In this document: positions 40,030 through 50,394 of the stretch, piece by piece | Layout: each line of letters begins with the position of its first letter | Numbering within the stretch: the first letter of the stretch is position 1 | Assembly (NCBI GenBank): GCA_031292275.1 | Contig: JARLHL010000057.1 | Span: 1 to 59,607, forward strand | Reading direction: 5' to 3' | Length of the DNA: 59,607 nucleotides | From: Desulfocapsaceae bacterium | Lineage (GTDB): Bacteria > Desulfobacterota > Desulfobulbia > Desulfobulbales > Desulfocapsaceae | Program-made: the position numbers and the translations under genes | Notes under the pieces: generated by a model | Told to the model about the DNA's origin: nothing | Databases searched by the model: none | Seen by the model: only the letters and a program-made list of their open reading frames with translations

Positions 40030-41694
40030 ATGCTGAACAATCTGAAGATAGGAACCAGAATGCTTCTCGGTTACGGTACTGTTATCATATTGCTGTTGGT
40101 TGTTGGGGGGTACTCGATTGTATCGATCAGATCTTTGAATGATGAGATAAGCGCAGTGGTTAACGTGCGTATGCCGAATGCTGAGAAAATCCATAAGATT
40201 GCTGATAATCTTAACGTACTTTCAATAGGTTTCAGGAATATCATTATCGATACCAGGCAGGAGCAGCAAACGGCTGAATTGGAAAAAATCGCCAATGCAC
40301 GTAAAACGGTCAGCGAAATTATCGAATTCCTTCAGAAGGATTTAAAAACCGAAAAAGGAAAAGAATTGCTTCAGAATGTAATAGAGGCGAGAAAGGAGTA
40401 TGTGACATCCACTGAAAATTTCATGAAATTCATAAAATCACAGCAGCTTAATGACGCAAAGGAGTTGTTATTGACTACTGTGCATGACGCTAAAATAAGA
40501 TATAGCGACAGACTGAATGAATTGAAAACGTATCAAACGGAATTGGCTACTTCTGGGGGCAAGAAAGCGGAGGGTCTCGCATCTGAAGCCGTGGTAATTA
40601 TATCCGCAATTCTTATCGCCGCCTTGGTGGTCAGCATCATTTCTGGTATTACCATAATCCGATCCATCACGAGCCCGATATCAAAGACAGTTACGTTAGC
40701 TGAAGCGATGGCTAGGGGGGATTTCACCTCAGAGCTGAAAATCGACCAAAAAGATGAAATTGGAACGATGGCTACAGCTTTGAACAAAATGATATCTCAA
40801 CTCAGAGAAATGATTACAGAAATTATTGGGGGAGTAAACACATTGTCATCATCTTCCTCTGAGCTTGCGGCTGTATCAAAACAGCTTACAGGCTCGGCTC
40901 AAAGCTCCACAGACAAATCCAACATGGTGGCCGCCGCAGCTGAAGAAATGAGCTCTAATTTCCAATCCGTCTCCGCTGCAATGGAGCAATCAACCAGCAA
41001 TGTCAATATGGTCGCTTCGGCTACTGAGGAAATGAACGTCACTGTGACTGAAATTGGACAGAATGCTGAAAAGGCAAGAAGCATTTCCGAAAACGCTGTT
41101 AAACAATCGTCTCTTGTGTCTGAACGAATGACTACTCTTGGCGAATCAGCCAAGAAGATAGGCAATGTGACAGAAACAATCACCGAAATATCGGAGCAGA
41201 CCAATCTTCTGGCTTTGAACGCAACAATTGAGGCAGCCAGGGCGGGAGACGCAGGAAAAGGATTTGCCGTTGTCGCCAACGAAATTAAAGAACTGGCAAG
41301 GCAGACCGCTGCCGCAACCATCGATATAAAAAACCAGATCGACGAGATGCAGCACACCACCCAAAATGCGGTTATAGACATTAGAGAAATTTCAAATGTC
41401 ATTTCTGAAATCAATAGCGTAATTAATGGCATTGCCACGGCAGTTGAAGAACAATCCACCGCAACAAATGAGATTTCCAATAATATCTCGCAAGCATCAA
41501 TGGGTATCGGCGAGGTGAACCAGAATGTAGCTCAGAGTGCCACAGCAGTAACTGACATCACCCGGGATATATCTGCAATCAATCAGCAGTCAAAAGAGGT
41601 TAGAGAAGGCAGCAGTCAGGTTCAAGGAAGCGCACAAGGGCTTTCGGATCTCGCCAGACAATTGGAAAGTCTTGTAAAGAAATTTAAAGTCTAA
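40030..41694 (+). CDS. Methyl-accepting chemotaxis protein
   Basis: N-terminal TM, periplasmic/4HB-like region, second TM, HAMP, and the MCP signalling domain with the highly conserved [35 protein letters not shown]. Confidence 0.95.
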   Translation: MLNNLKIGTRMLLGYGTVIILLLVVGGYSIVSIRSLNDEISAVVNVRMPNAEKIHKIADNLNVLSIGFRNIIIDTRQEQQTAELEKIANARKTVSEIIEFLQKDLKTEKGKELLQNVIEARKEYVTSTENFMKFIKSQQLNDAKELLLTTVHDAKIRYSDRLNELKTYQTELATSGGKKAEGLASEAVVIISAILIAALVVSIISGITIIRSITSPISKTVTLAEAMARGDFTSELKIDQKDEIGTMATALNKMISQLREMITEIIGGVNTLSSSSSELAAVSKQLTGSAQSSTDKSNMVAAAAEEMSSNFQSVSAAMEQSTSNVNMVASATEEMNVTVTEIGQNAEKARSISENAVKQSSLVSERMTTLGESAKKIGNVTETITEISEQTNLLALNATIEAARAGDAGKGFAVVANEIKELARQTAAATIDIKNQIDEMQHTTQNAVIDIREISNVISEINSVINGIATAVEEQSTATNEISNNISQASMGIGEVNQNVAQSATAVTDITRDISAINQQSKEVREGSSQVQGSAQGLSDLARQLESLVKKFKV

Positions 41695-41695
41695 A

Positions 41696-41716
41696 AGGGG
41701 TTGTAAACCGGAACCC
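41696..41716 (+). terminator. Putative terminator hairpin after the MCP gene
   Basis: GGGGTTgtaaaccggAACCCC immediately after the stop; no strong T-tract. Confidence 0.3.
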
Positions 41717-42108
41717 CAGAAAATTCCGTCATCCCAAATTAAGCCCTGCCGCAAGGTCACCCAGGTCGATCATCTTGCCGTTGCCCTGGAAAATGTAGTG
41801 CCCGTTCAGCATGATGTGCCGCCAGGCAGTCGGCGACATCTGGGTGATCAATGCCAGCGCCTTGGTTCCACGGGTGTCTGTCCATGTCAAAATTGCCCCA
41901 GACGTTCACGCACACCCTTGTAGCCAATAGTCGCAGACGGCTCGATAACCGCACTGTGTTTACTCAGTGCCTCGCCTCGCCAGACATACTAGCTAAAGAC
42001 TCCCAGGTCAAATTCTGCGGTTGGTTTTTCAGCCTCTTCGGCATAGGCGACAGCTTGGCCGGTCATGATTGCTGCAGCTGTGAATGCAATGCCCATCTTC
42101 AATTTCAT
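41715..42108 (-). pseudogene. Frameshifted remnant of a secreted protein gene at the position where kdpD would normally follow kdpC
   Basis: Minus strand MKLKMGIAFTAAAIMTGQAVAYAEEAEKPTAEFDLGVFS* (signal peptide). The reading then continues in other frames (...IGYKGVRERLGQF*; ...MSPTAWRHIMLNGHYIFQGNGKMIDLGDLAAGLNLG*). Confidence 0.35.
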
Positions 42109-42327
42109 TTCCTGCTCGCTCCTTTTTGATAAACCGATTGAAAAATTATCGTAAAACCCGATCTTATTCTCTTTTCTCCAAGAAATTGACTGAGAATTCA
42201 GCCTGATCTCTCCGTCTCTGTGTGCTGTGCAGCCTACAAGCCCTCCCTATCGAAATACAGGCACATCATGGAACCCATTTCCATGATGTGCCACATGTTC
42301 ATTTTTCAATGCGGTGTTCCTGACCTG

Positions 42328-43344
42328 TCAAGATGGATTTCCGTACCGTTTACACAGCTCAAGATTGATTTCCAGCACGTTAACAAACGGCTCTCCCGCA
42401 AGCCCGTTAAACGGTGCCGAGGCATTCTGCTGCAACATCTGCTCAATCTCTTTACGGACCGTGTCCGGGTTACGATGGAGGTTGGCAGCCCATTTGGCTG
42501 CAACACGATCCAGTTGGAACAGGGCATTCTGCATCGTTATATGCGGATCCAGCCCGGAAGCCGATGCGGTAACCAGATCCCCGGGGACATCCTGAAGATC
42601 GGCTTCTGGGTGTTCATGGCGCCACATTTCAAAGAAGATAGACTGGATGTCCGAACCTTCCTTTACCGGTTCGATGGCAGTTACCTCCTTCCCGTCAGCA
42701 TCAGTTTTCGTGACGGCAGAGGGGAATCTCCCCGGATTCTTGTTAGAAAAATCGGTAAAGAACACCACAGCCAGATCCGCTGTTTTTGGCTTGGGAGTGG
42801 TTGGGTTGTCCTTAATCCACTGGTCTACCAGGGCGGGGTTATTTTTCGCCCAGTCATCCACATAGGCACCATTTTTCGGGTCAGCGCCCACCCAGGCCTG
42901 GGCCAGAGAGTTGTGCTGTCCCGCCCATTGGGCGACAATATGCGGCTCACCCCCATAGACGTCTTTACTAAACCATTGCTCGACGTCAGGGGCCACCAGC
43001 TGGCCTGCTTTCTCACCACCACGGTATTTCACAATCGGCCCGAGCACACGGGCAACCCTGTCGCGCAACGTATAGTTGGAAGGAGCCAGGGATGATGAGG
43101 CCGAGGCCGAGGCATCATACGACGGCGACGAAGGCCGGGGCTGGAAGTATTCGTCCTTGGTAAACGGCTGGGCAATGAGCTTGGAACCCACAACGGTGCC
43201 GTCCGGTCCCTTCAATAAGCTGCCGTCGGCCTGGAACGGAAAGACGGTCTTTCCGATTGCCCATAATACCAAAGGGTAGATGATACAGCAGATGATCACC
43301 GAGAATAATAAAAGCAGAATGCTTTTTGAAAAGTATCGTAACAT
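42328..43344 (-). CDS. kdpC: Potassium-transporting ATPase subunit KdpC, with a central insertion of about 150 aa
   Basis: N-terminal TM plus FPFQADGSL...GS.LIAQPF...YFQPRPS, C-terminal VTASASGLDPHIT...EPFVNVLEINLEL. It is 338 aa, against about 190 aa typical. Confidence 0.85.
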   Translation of the reverse strand: MLRYFSKSILLLLFSVIICCIIYPLVLWAIGKTVFPFQADGSLLKGPDGTVVGSKLIAQPFTKDEYFQPRPSSPSYDASASASSSLAPSNYTLRDRVARVLGPIVKYRGGEKAGQLVAPDVEQWFSKDVYGGEPHIVAQWAGQHNSLAQAWVGADPKNGAYVDDWAKNNPALVDQWIKDNPTTPKPKTADLAVVFFTDFSNKNPGRFPSAVTKTDADGKEVTAIEPVKEGSDIQSIFFEMWRHEHPEADLQDVPGDLVTASASGLDPHITMQNALFQLDRVAAKWAANLHRNPDTVRKEIEQMLQQNASAPFNGLAGEPFVNVLEINLELCKRYGNPS

Positions 43345-43370
43345 AGTAATTCTCCTTATGTACTGAAAGA

Positions 43371-45533
43371 TCAGCTGACCAGATGCAGTCCTGTCATGAT
43401 CATGTCAATCAGCTTAATACCGATAAAGGGGACGACAACCCCTCCCAGCCCCCAGATCAGAAGGTTTCGCCGCAGAATGGCATCCGCACCGAGCGGACGA
43501 TAGGCAACCCCCTTGAGCGCGATCGGAATGAGCACCGGAATAATGAGCGCATTGAAAATAACCGCTGAGAGGATTGCTGAAGTCGGCGAATGAAGGTGCA
43601 TGATGTCAATCATTTTCAGCCACGGCAGCGTCCCCGCGAAGAGTGCCGGGATGATCGCAAAGTATTTTGCCACGTCATTGGCCATCGAAAAAGTGGTCAG
43701 CGACCCTCTCGTCATCAGAAGCTGCTTGCCGATCTCAATCGTTTCAATCAGTTTGGTCGGGTCACTGTCCAGATCTACCAGGTTGGCCGCTTCCTTGGCG
43801 GCCTGCGTACCGGCATTCATGGCCAGGGCAACATCGGCCTGGGCCAGAGCCGGCGCATCGTTGGTCCCGTCTCCAGTCATGGCAACCAGATGACCTTCCG
43901 CCTGCTGTTCCCGAATGTAGGCGAGTTTGGTCTCGGGCGTTGCCTCGGCTATGAAGTCATCGACCCCAGCCCGCGCGGCAATGGTCGCCGCCGTAAGGGG
44001 ATTATCTCCCGTGATCATGACGGTCTTCAGGCCCATTTTCCGCAGACGGTCAAAACGCTCAACCATGTTGGGCTTCAAAATGTCTTCAAGGGCGATTACC
44101 CCGACGACTTGGGTCCCCTCGGCGACAACCAATGGAGTTGCTCCCTGAGAGGCTACGCCATCGACGACTGTACTGAGTCCAGCCGGAATGCTTCCTTTGT
44201 TGGCCTCAACGAATTTAATGATGGCATCCGATGCACCTTTACGGATTTGTTGCCCGCCAGGCAAATCGACACCGCTCATGCGTGTCTGGGCTGTAAATTC
44301 CACAGTCAGCGCATTGGCCGGTATGCTGACTTTGGTCTTGCTCTCCTTTTCATACAGACTTACGATGCTTTTCCCTTCGGGGGTCTCATCTGCCGTAGAC
44401 GCCAGGGCGGCCAACCGTCCGACTTCCCCAGACGAGTAGGTGCCGACAGGGAGGAATTTCGTTGCAAACCGGTTTCCTACGGTGATTGTGCCGGTTTTGT
44501 CCAGCATGATGATATCGATGTCACCGCAGAGTTCCACCGCCTTACCGCTCTTGGCGATAATATTGGCCTGCATAGCGCGATCCATACCGGCAATGCCGAT
44601 TGCAGACAGCAGAGCACCGATAGTGGTGGGAATCAGACAAACGATAAGGGCAATCAGGGTCGGGATATCGGTACCGAGACTCTTCAACGGTTCCGAGAGG
44701 CCCAGATACCCCATCATGTATTGCTCGGCGTTCCAGGCCATCGGCCAGAGAGGCACAACCACAATCAGAAAGACTAAAGTAAAAGCTGAGAGTACCAGCG
44801 TGAGGGCAATTTCGTTCGGGCTGCGCTGTCGAATGGCTCCCTCAACCAGGGCGATCATTCTGTCGAGAAATGAATCCCCAGGACCGCTGGTGATCTTAAT
44901 GACGATCCGGTCGGAGAGAACGGACGTGCCTCCGGTGACTCCGGAACGGTCGCCGCCTGCCTCACGGATTACGGGCGCCGATTCGCCGGTAATGGCGGCC
45001 TCGTTTACGGAGGCCACACCTTCGATGATCTCTCCGTCGCCGGGGATCATGTGTCCCGCTTTCACGACAACGATGTCGCCCGGCTGCAAATCCGCCGATG
45101 AAACCTCTTCAATGGCTCCCGCCTTATTCCTGCGAAAGGCCACGGTCTCTTGTCGAGCTTTTCTGAGGGAATTAGCCTGGGCTTTGCCACGGGCTTCGGC
45201 AAGGGCTGTGGCAAAGTTCGCGAACAACACGGTCAGGAACAGCCAGATATCAAGGGCGATAAAATAGGTAAGCGGCACCTGACTTACCGCACCGCCTACG
45301 GCGGCCCGGATAATAAAGAGAAGGGTCAAAAGAGCGCCGACCTCAACCACAAACATCACCGGATTATTCCATTGAAGATCCGGCCGCAACATAACAAACG
45401 CCTGCTTTAAGGCCGGCAGGGCCGTTTCCGCATCCAGCATTCCTCTCCGCTTTACACGGTTCGACGCATGCGAACGCTCGGACGTCGTACGAGTCTCCGT
45501 CCTGGTTTTTTCAGGTTTTGATACCTTATTCAT
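43371..45533 (-). CDS. kdpB: Potassium-transporting P-type ATPase subunit KdpB
   Basis: Phosphorylation motif LDKTGTIT, hinge [17 protein letters not shown], and N-terminal [15 protein letters not shown] like E. coli KdpB. AAGGAG lies 7 nt upstream of the ATG at 45533. Confidence 0.95.
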   Translation of the reverse strand: MNKVSKPEKTRTETRTTSERSHASNRVKRRGMLDAETALPALKQAFVMLRPDLQWNNPVMFVVEVGALLTLLFIIRAAVGGAVSQVPLTYFIALDIWLFLTVLFANFATALAEARGKAQANSLRKARQETVAFRRNKAGAIEEVSSADLQPGDIVVVKAGHMIPGDGEIIEGVASVNEAAITGESAPVIREAGGDRSGVTGGTSVLSDRIVIKITSGPGDSFLDRMIALVEGAIRQRSPNEIALTLVLSAFTLVFLIVVVPLWPMAWNAEQYMMGYLGLSEPLKSLGTDIPTLIALIVCLIPTTIGALLSAIGIAGMDRAMQANIIAKSGKAVELCGDIDIIMLDKTGTITVGNRFATKFLPVGTYSSGEVGRLAALASTADETPEGKSIVSLYEKESKTKVSIPANALTVEFTAQTRMSGVDLPGGQQIRKGASDAIIKFVEANKGSIPAGLSTVVDGVASQGATPLVVAEGTQVVGVIALEDILKPNMVERFDRLRKMGLKTVMITGDNPLTAATIAARAGVDDFIAEATPETKLAYIREQQAEGHLVAMTGDGTNDAPALAQADVALAMNAGTQAAKEAANLVDLDSDPTKLIETIEIGKQLLMTRGSLTTFSMANDVAKYFAIIPALFAGTLPWLKMIDIMHLHSPTSAILSAVIFNALIIPVLIPIALKGVAYRPLGADAILRRNLLIWGLGGVVVPFIGIKLIDMIMTGLHLVS

Positions 45534-45610
45534 AGCATACTCCTTTGGGCACTGTAATTATTTCACATTTTCCTTTTACGATGTTCTCCAGACGATGCAA
45601 CTTCACTGGA

Positions 45611-47440
45611 TCAGCCGCCGAAAGGAATGGGACCAAAATGCTCCGCCATTGGGCCCAGAACAGCGACCGGCAGGAAAAGGAGCGCCCCGATGATGAGGAC
45701 CGTGCCGAGCACGAGGAAACCGAAAGTCGGCGTGTCGTCACGCAGAGTCCCTAGCCCGATCGGGCTTGCCTTCTTAGCCCCGAGAAATGCCGCCATGGCA
45801 ATCGGTGCGATAATCGGCAGATAGCGGCTGAAGATCATGATCAGCCCCGTTGCGATATCCCAAGGGATGGCCTCAGGCGATGGTGCCAGATTGTTAGCAA
45901 AACCATAGGTGACACCCAGACCGTCAAAGGCAGCACCGTTATTGGCCGAAGCCGAGGAAAACTGGAAGAGCATCTGGGTGAATCCATGGGCACCGGGATT
46001 ACTGACAGCCTTGAGGCCCCAATCAAGCGCCGCAAAAAGCCCTGTCGGCATAAGAACCATCATCGGATGAACCAACAGGGCAATGACTGCGAGCTTCACC
46101 TCGCGGGCGCCGATTTTCCTTCCCAGATATTCCGGAGTTCGTCCCACCATCTGGCCGGCTATAAAGATGCCGATGATCACGTACAGCAGCATGTTGATCA
46201 TACCCACGCCCTTGCCGCCGAAGATGCAGTTCAGCCACATCCCCACCATAGGGGAGAGGGCGGCAAGCGGGTTGAGGCTGTCCATTTCCGCGTTCACCGC
46301 GCCGCAGGTCACGTCTGTCGTCAGCGCATTAAAGGTGGCTCCGGCCGAGGTTCCGAAGCGCATCTCTTTTCCTTCCAGATTGCCCAGGTGCTGGTCTACA
46401 GGCAGGCTTGCGACGGCCGGGATGGTCACTTCCTGTTTTCCACCCGGTGCTTTTGCGTTAGGGATTTCATAAGTCTGCGCAATAGGGTGCGCGGTCAATG
46501 CCGGGTTTGGCTGCAGTGTGTCAAAACAGATCGCCCAGACGACGGTGCCGGCCATCAGCAACAGCATGACCGAAAAAATAACCCAGGCATGCCGTGGCCG
46601 ACCCAGCATCCGACCGTACATGAACACGAGCGCGAATGGAAAAATCATCATTGCCAGAGTGACAAAAAAGTTTGACAAGCCGGTGGGATTTTCGAAGGGA
46701 TGGGCGGAGTTCATGCCGAAAAATCCCCCTCCGTTGGTGCCGAGCATCTTGATCGACTCAAGCGCCGCAACCGGCCCCACCACGATGGTCTGTTTCTTCA
46801 CCTCACCCTTGTCGGTTGTCCCCATGGCCGCCGGTTCGAGAGTGGAGACTTGATACGAACTTTCGAAGGTCATCGGGCTTCCCTGCGACAGAAAGATAGT
46901 CCCGAAGATCAGGGCTGCGGGTATAAACATGTAAATAACCACCCGCCACATATCCACGAAGTAGTTGCCGAGCGAGGCTTCGCCGCGAAAAGCCCGGATC
47001 ATCGCCACCAGGGCACAGAAGCCGACAGAGGCAGAAAGAAACATATTGTAGATGCAGAAGAAAATCTGGCTGAAATTAGACAGATTCACATCCCCGGCAT
47101 AGTGCTGGAGATTCGTGTTCGTCATGAACGAGATCACGCTGTGAAAGATAGTGGAGGGGAACAGCATCCCCTTACCGTCAGGATTCAGCGGCATCCACGG
47201 CTGGACAGACAGGACCAGGTAGCCGAAGACGAAGAGCACTACGTTGAAAACAAGCAGGGAACCGGTATACTGCTTCCAGTTCTGCGGACCGCTATCCAGG
47301 CATTTTTCCAACCAGCCCGCAACCGGCAAAGGCCGGTATTTTCCATTCATGACCCATGCCAAATAGCGGCTCAAGGGCATCGCGATAATCGTCGCGGTGA
47401 CAAGGAGTGCGATGGGGAGTAACCAGGTTTGTAAAATCAT
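45611..47440 (-). CDS. kdpA: Potassium-transporting ATPase subunit KdpA
   Basis: 609 aa polytopic protein. The N-terminal MILQTWLLPIALLVTATIIAMPLSRYLAWVMNG and the four selectivity-filter-like repeats match KdpA. Confidence 0.95.
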   Translation of the reverse strand: MILQTWLLPIALLVTATIIAMPLSRYLAWVMNGKYRPLPVAGWLEKCLDSGPQNWKQYTGSLLVFNVVLFVFGYLVLSVQPWMPLNPDGKGMLFPSTIFHSVISFMTNTNLQHYAGDVNLSNFSQIFFCIYNMFLSASVGFCALVAMIRAFRGEASLGNYFVDMWRVVIYMFIPAALIFGTIFLSQGSPMTFESSYQVSTLEPAAMGTTDKGEVKKQTIVVGPVAALESIKMLGTNGGGFFGMNSAHPFENPTGLSNFFVTLAMMIFPFALVFMYGRMLGRPRHAWVIFSVMLLLMAGTVVWAICFDTLQPNPALTAHPIAQTYEIPNAKAPGGKQEVTIPAVASLPVDQHLGNLEGKEMRFGTSAGATFNALTTDVTCGAVNAEMDSLNPLAALSPMVGMWLNCIFGGKGVGMINMLLYVIIGIFIAGQMVGRTPEYLGRKIGAREVKLAVIALLVHPMMVLMPTGLFAALDWGLKAVSNPGAHGFTQMLFQFSSASANNGAAFDGLGVTYGFANNLAPSPEAIPWDIATGLIMIFSRYLPIIAPIAMAAFLGAKKASPIGLGTLRDDTPTFGFLVLGTVLIIGALLFLPVAVLGPMAEHFGPIPFGG

Positions 47441-47485
47441 TGTCTCAACTCCTTTTTATGTTTAAACATCCGCTGTCGTACCTGG

Positions 47486-47566
47486 TCAAAACCATTCCGG
47501 TCGGATCAGGGCTGTAAACAGGTAAACGAACAAGAAAACCACTGTTGCCACGGTCAAATAGATCAC
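47486..47566 (-). CDS. kdpF: KdpF-like 26-aa hydrophobic peptide
   Basis: GAGGAGAGG RBS, GTG start, MIYLTVATVVFLFVYLFTALIRPEWF, 39 nt upstream of the kdpA start. It is too short for the ORF track threshold. Confidence 0.6.
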   Translation of the reverse strand: MIYLTVATVVFLFVYLFTALIRPEWF

Positions 47567-47583
47567 AATTATCCTCTCCTCTT

Positions 47584-47679
47584 TTATATTTTGTCGCACG
47601 CTTCCATGAACAGGAAGCAGAGACCCATTACTGCAATTCCCAGGACAAACAAAAGCGGCAGCCCAATTACAACATTCAT
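47584..47679 (-). CDS. Additional 31-aa hydrophobic micro-ORF immediately upstream of kdpF
   Basis: GGAGAAAAAATG has near-ideal RBS spacing. MNVVIGLPLLFVLGIAVMGLCFLFMEACDKI is a single TM helix. Its stop lies 17 nt before the kdpF RBS and start. Confidence 0.35.
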   Translation of the reverse strand: MNVVIGLPLLFVLGIAVMGLCFLFMEACDKI

Positions 47680-47782
47680 TTTTTCTCCTTATTACTTGTG
47701 TTACCGAAGCGGGGACACGGTTTATCAACGACCGATGCCGAGTTATTTCAAAAACCCAGAGCTGTTAGAATTCAACTCCCTC

Positions 47783-47813
47783 TGCCTTCCAAATGCCTAA
47801 AAGGTGTGCTTGA
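47783..47813 (+). promoter_or_regulatory. Conserved 31-nt motif in the kdpFABC upstream region (copy 1)
   Basis: TGCCTTCCAAATGCCTAAAAGGTGTGCTTGA. An almost identical copy sits upstream of the KdpE-like gene at 49013. Confidence 0.35.
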
Positions 47814-48033
47814 TAATATTTTGCTTGGTTGAGGAGAATAGACAGGTTCTGTTAACCGTCCTTTCTCCTGCCAAATATCATTACCTTTTGACAGTGATTA
47901 TACGCATGATCACATAAAGATGGGGTCAATAATGAAGCAAAGAGCGTCAAGATATCGTCAAAATATGAACATTTTTTCAAGGAGGAAGTGACGCGTTTCC
48001 AAAAGCGTCGCCGAGGGGAGTTCGAGCCCCTCT

Positions 48034-48612
48034 TCAGTTGATGTTATGAACAGAATTAAATCTCTGGACATCGGTATTGATCAAAGTCCGCACCGATTTC
48101 ACATAACCGTTCGGATCATAGGCATTGCCGTTATCCTGCAAACGATAGGAGCCGATGTTATAACTTAACACCGCCTTATCCCATCGTGCCGGACCCGAAA
48201 AGCGGGAGAGCAGATATTTGAAATAGGAGGTGGCGATTTTGATATTGAAGACATCGTCGTCACGAATCTTTCGGCGAAGTTGGTCGTCCGGGAGAAGATC
48301 GGATTTGGATAAGCCCCATATCTTGACCAGGACAAATTTAGCGGTATCAAGTTTGATTTGCATGACCCCATAGCACTGATCGTTTCGAGCGGCCTTGGCA
48401 GGACCCCGAGATCGACCACCATTGGTCTCTCGCAAAAGGAGTCCCTGAATCGTCTCCGGGCAGCCAATTTTTTTTCCTTCCTGATAGGCCACACTCATGA
48501 GTTTGCCATAGGGCAGAATTGTTGATTCTTCAGCCAGCCTTTCCCGGGCCGAAGCCATTATTGGTAATAGAGTTATAAATAACAATGCGATAAATATTTT
48601 ATTAAATAGCAT
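48034..48612 (-). CDS. Lytic transglycosylase-domain protein (SLT family), secreted
   Basis: Signal peptide MLFNKIFIALLFITLLPIMASA; catalytic region LLRETNGG...CYGVMQIKLDTAKFV (E.S...GLMQ-type motif). Start taken at 48612; the ORF track's longer start is at 48702. Confidence 0.7.
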   Translation of the reverse strand: MLFNKIFIALLFITLLPIMASARERLAEESTILPYGKLMSVAYQEGKKIGCPETIQGLLLRETNGGRSRGPAKAARNDQCYGVMQIKLDTAKFVLVKIWGLSKSDLLPDDQLRRKIRDDDVFNIKIATSYFKYLLSRFSGPARWDKAVLSYNIGSYRLQDNGNAYDPNGYVKSVRTLINTDVQRFNSVHNIN

Positions 48613-49012
48613 ACAGAAATCCTTTGTTGGAACCTGAGGGCACATGAGACTATTTCTCAACGGCTCCGTGCTGCAGGAAACCAGGCATTTGATTGACAAC
48701 AATCAGTTAGGTTCTAGAAATCCAGACTTTCACAAAAGGAACCGCAACAGAGGGGGTGGACACTTCACAAAGCGTCTAAACTCACTCCATTTCAGCGGAG
48801 ACTAATGAGAAAGAGTTGCCAGAATCAGGGCAGACAGAAGAAAGAGTAATGACAAAACAGTTGCCGGGCTGGCCTGCAGCGATACTCTCTCTATGGGTTG
48901 GACGCGGTGGGGATATCGTTGGGTGGTAAATTTGATAGGCTGCATTAGGTTCACCTCAATAATGTGAAATTCATTAAGGGCACAGCCTGCCGAGATCTTC
49001 GGCTCAGACCAT

Positions 49013-49043
49013 TGCCCTTCCAAATGCCTACGAGGTTAGCTGA
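49013..49043 (+). promoter_or_regulatory. Conserved 31-nt motif upstream of the KdpE-like regulator (copy 2)
   Basis: TGCCCTTCCAAATGCCTACGAGGTTAGCTGA; identical to copy 1 at about 27 of 31 positions. Confidence 0.35.
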
Positions 49044-49496
49044 CGGGCTCGGGCTTGGAAGTGCCCTATCCTAAAGTTCAGGAATACGCCCCAAAAAATG
49101 GGTCCCCCGCATCCGCTGCGGAAGCGGATCTCGGCTACAATTTATGGGTAGCACGATAACCCCATTCGAAACTTATTGCCAATATATATTTTTCGAAAAA
49201 AAGAACACTTAGGTAAATTGCAAATAATTACAAAGTTCTAATAAGCTCTAAAATCAAAGCTGCCTCTTAGCGTATTTGCCGGGCATTACCCCTGAACGAT
49301 CCTATCTTGATGATATCAAGACACCTTTTGCCTCATTATTGACTCTATCTTTATGTGATCATGTGTATAAATAGAATGAGATAATACTGATCGTCAGACA
49401 TGGGGCAAAATCAGGGCATAAAACCATTTGGGCAGAGGTGTTCCGGCTAACGTGAGACTGCCCCTCAAGGGCATGCCCAGCACGGAGGGACTTATG

Positions 49497-50240
49497 AAGA
49501 ACCGCACCGAGAGCAAGACAGCCAGTGTCCGCATTCTTTTGGTGGATGATGAGGCTGCTATCCTGCGATTTCTGAAAACTGTTTTAGATTCCGAGGAATT
49601 TTGTGTGTACAAGGCGGAAAACGGCAGTTTGGCCATTGCTGCGGCTGCTGCGGTTCGGCCCGATCTGATCCTCCTTGATCTCGGTCTTCCAGATATGGAC
49701 GGCATTGAGGTTATCAAGCGGATACGCGAATGGTCCAAGGTGCCGATCATCGTTCTGTCGGTCCGGGACCGGGAGGATGATAAGGTAAAGGCCTTGGACG
49801 CCGGTGCTGATGATTACCTGACCAAACCCTTCGGGGTTGAGGAACTTTTGGCTCGAATCAGGGTAGCCTTGCGGAATGTCCTCCGGCAGGCGCCGGCGCC
49901 CGTCTATAGAATTGACGATCTTGAGGTTGATCTTGTCCACCGCCGGATTCTGCTTACAGGCGTTGAGATACAGCTGACACCGACTGAATATGACCTCCTA
50001 CGGCTCCTTGTGATCAACGCGGGCAAGGTTATGACACATGAACAAATTTTCAAACAGATCTGGAGTGGAGGATATGCCGATCAGTCACATATCCTGCGGG
50101 TGAATATCAGCAACCTGCGGCGGAAGCTTGAGAAAGACCCGTCCCGTCCCCGCTACATTGTGACCGAGATGGGGATCGGATATCGCGTGAGGGCCGATTT
50201 TCTTAAAAATGAAGGCACAACAGAAAAAACTCCTGGTTGA
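49497..50240 (+). CDS. kdpE: OmpR-family response regulator, KdpE-like
   Basis: GGAGGG RBS before ATG 49497. REC (RILLVDDEAAILRFL...LILLDLGLPDMDG) plus a winged-helix Trans_reg_C (LTPTEYDLLRLLVINAGKVMTHEQIFKQIWS...LRRKLE) closely resembles KdpE. No kdpD is adjacent. Confidence 0.8.
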   Translation, partial: KNRTESKTASVRILLVDDEAAILRFLKTVLDSEEFCVYKAENGSLAIAAAAAVRPDLILLDLGLPDMDGIEVIKRIREWSKVPIIVLSVRDREDDKVKALDAGADDYLTKPFGVEELLARIRVALRNVLRQAPAPVYRIDDLEVDLVHRRILLTGVEIQLTPTEYDLLRLLVINAGKVMTHEQIFKQIWSGGYADQSHILRVNISNLRRKLEKDPSRPRYIVTEMGIGYRVRADFLKNEGTTEKTPG

Positions 50241-50394
50241 TGTATTTTGGGTGCATTACACGCTAAAGAACAACCTATGAAAAGCAGGGATTTCACGCGA
50301 GCAACACAGGTTCATATCCGGTTAGGTAGGAACACCAGTTAGAATGTCAACAGAAGGGGGATATTTGAAAAAATATATTATTGCAGCAAGCTTT

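Noticed and set aside
43590-47422. Plus-strand ORFs of 229-395 aa antisense to kdpB and kdpA
   Set aside because: Antisense artefacts; the kdpA and kdpB translations are canonical.
49100-49180. tRNA-like or structured RNA near GGGTCCCCCGCATCCGCTGCGGAAGCGGATCTCGG
   Set aside because: Only a single hairpin is present, with no cloverleaf arms or conserved tRNA boxes. It is likely a simple stem-loop in the kdpE leader.
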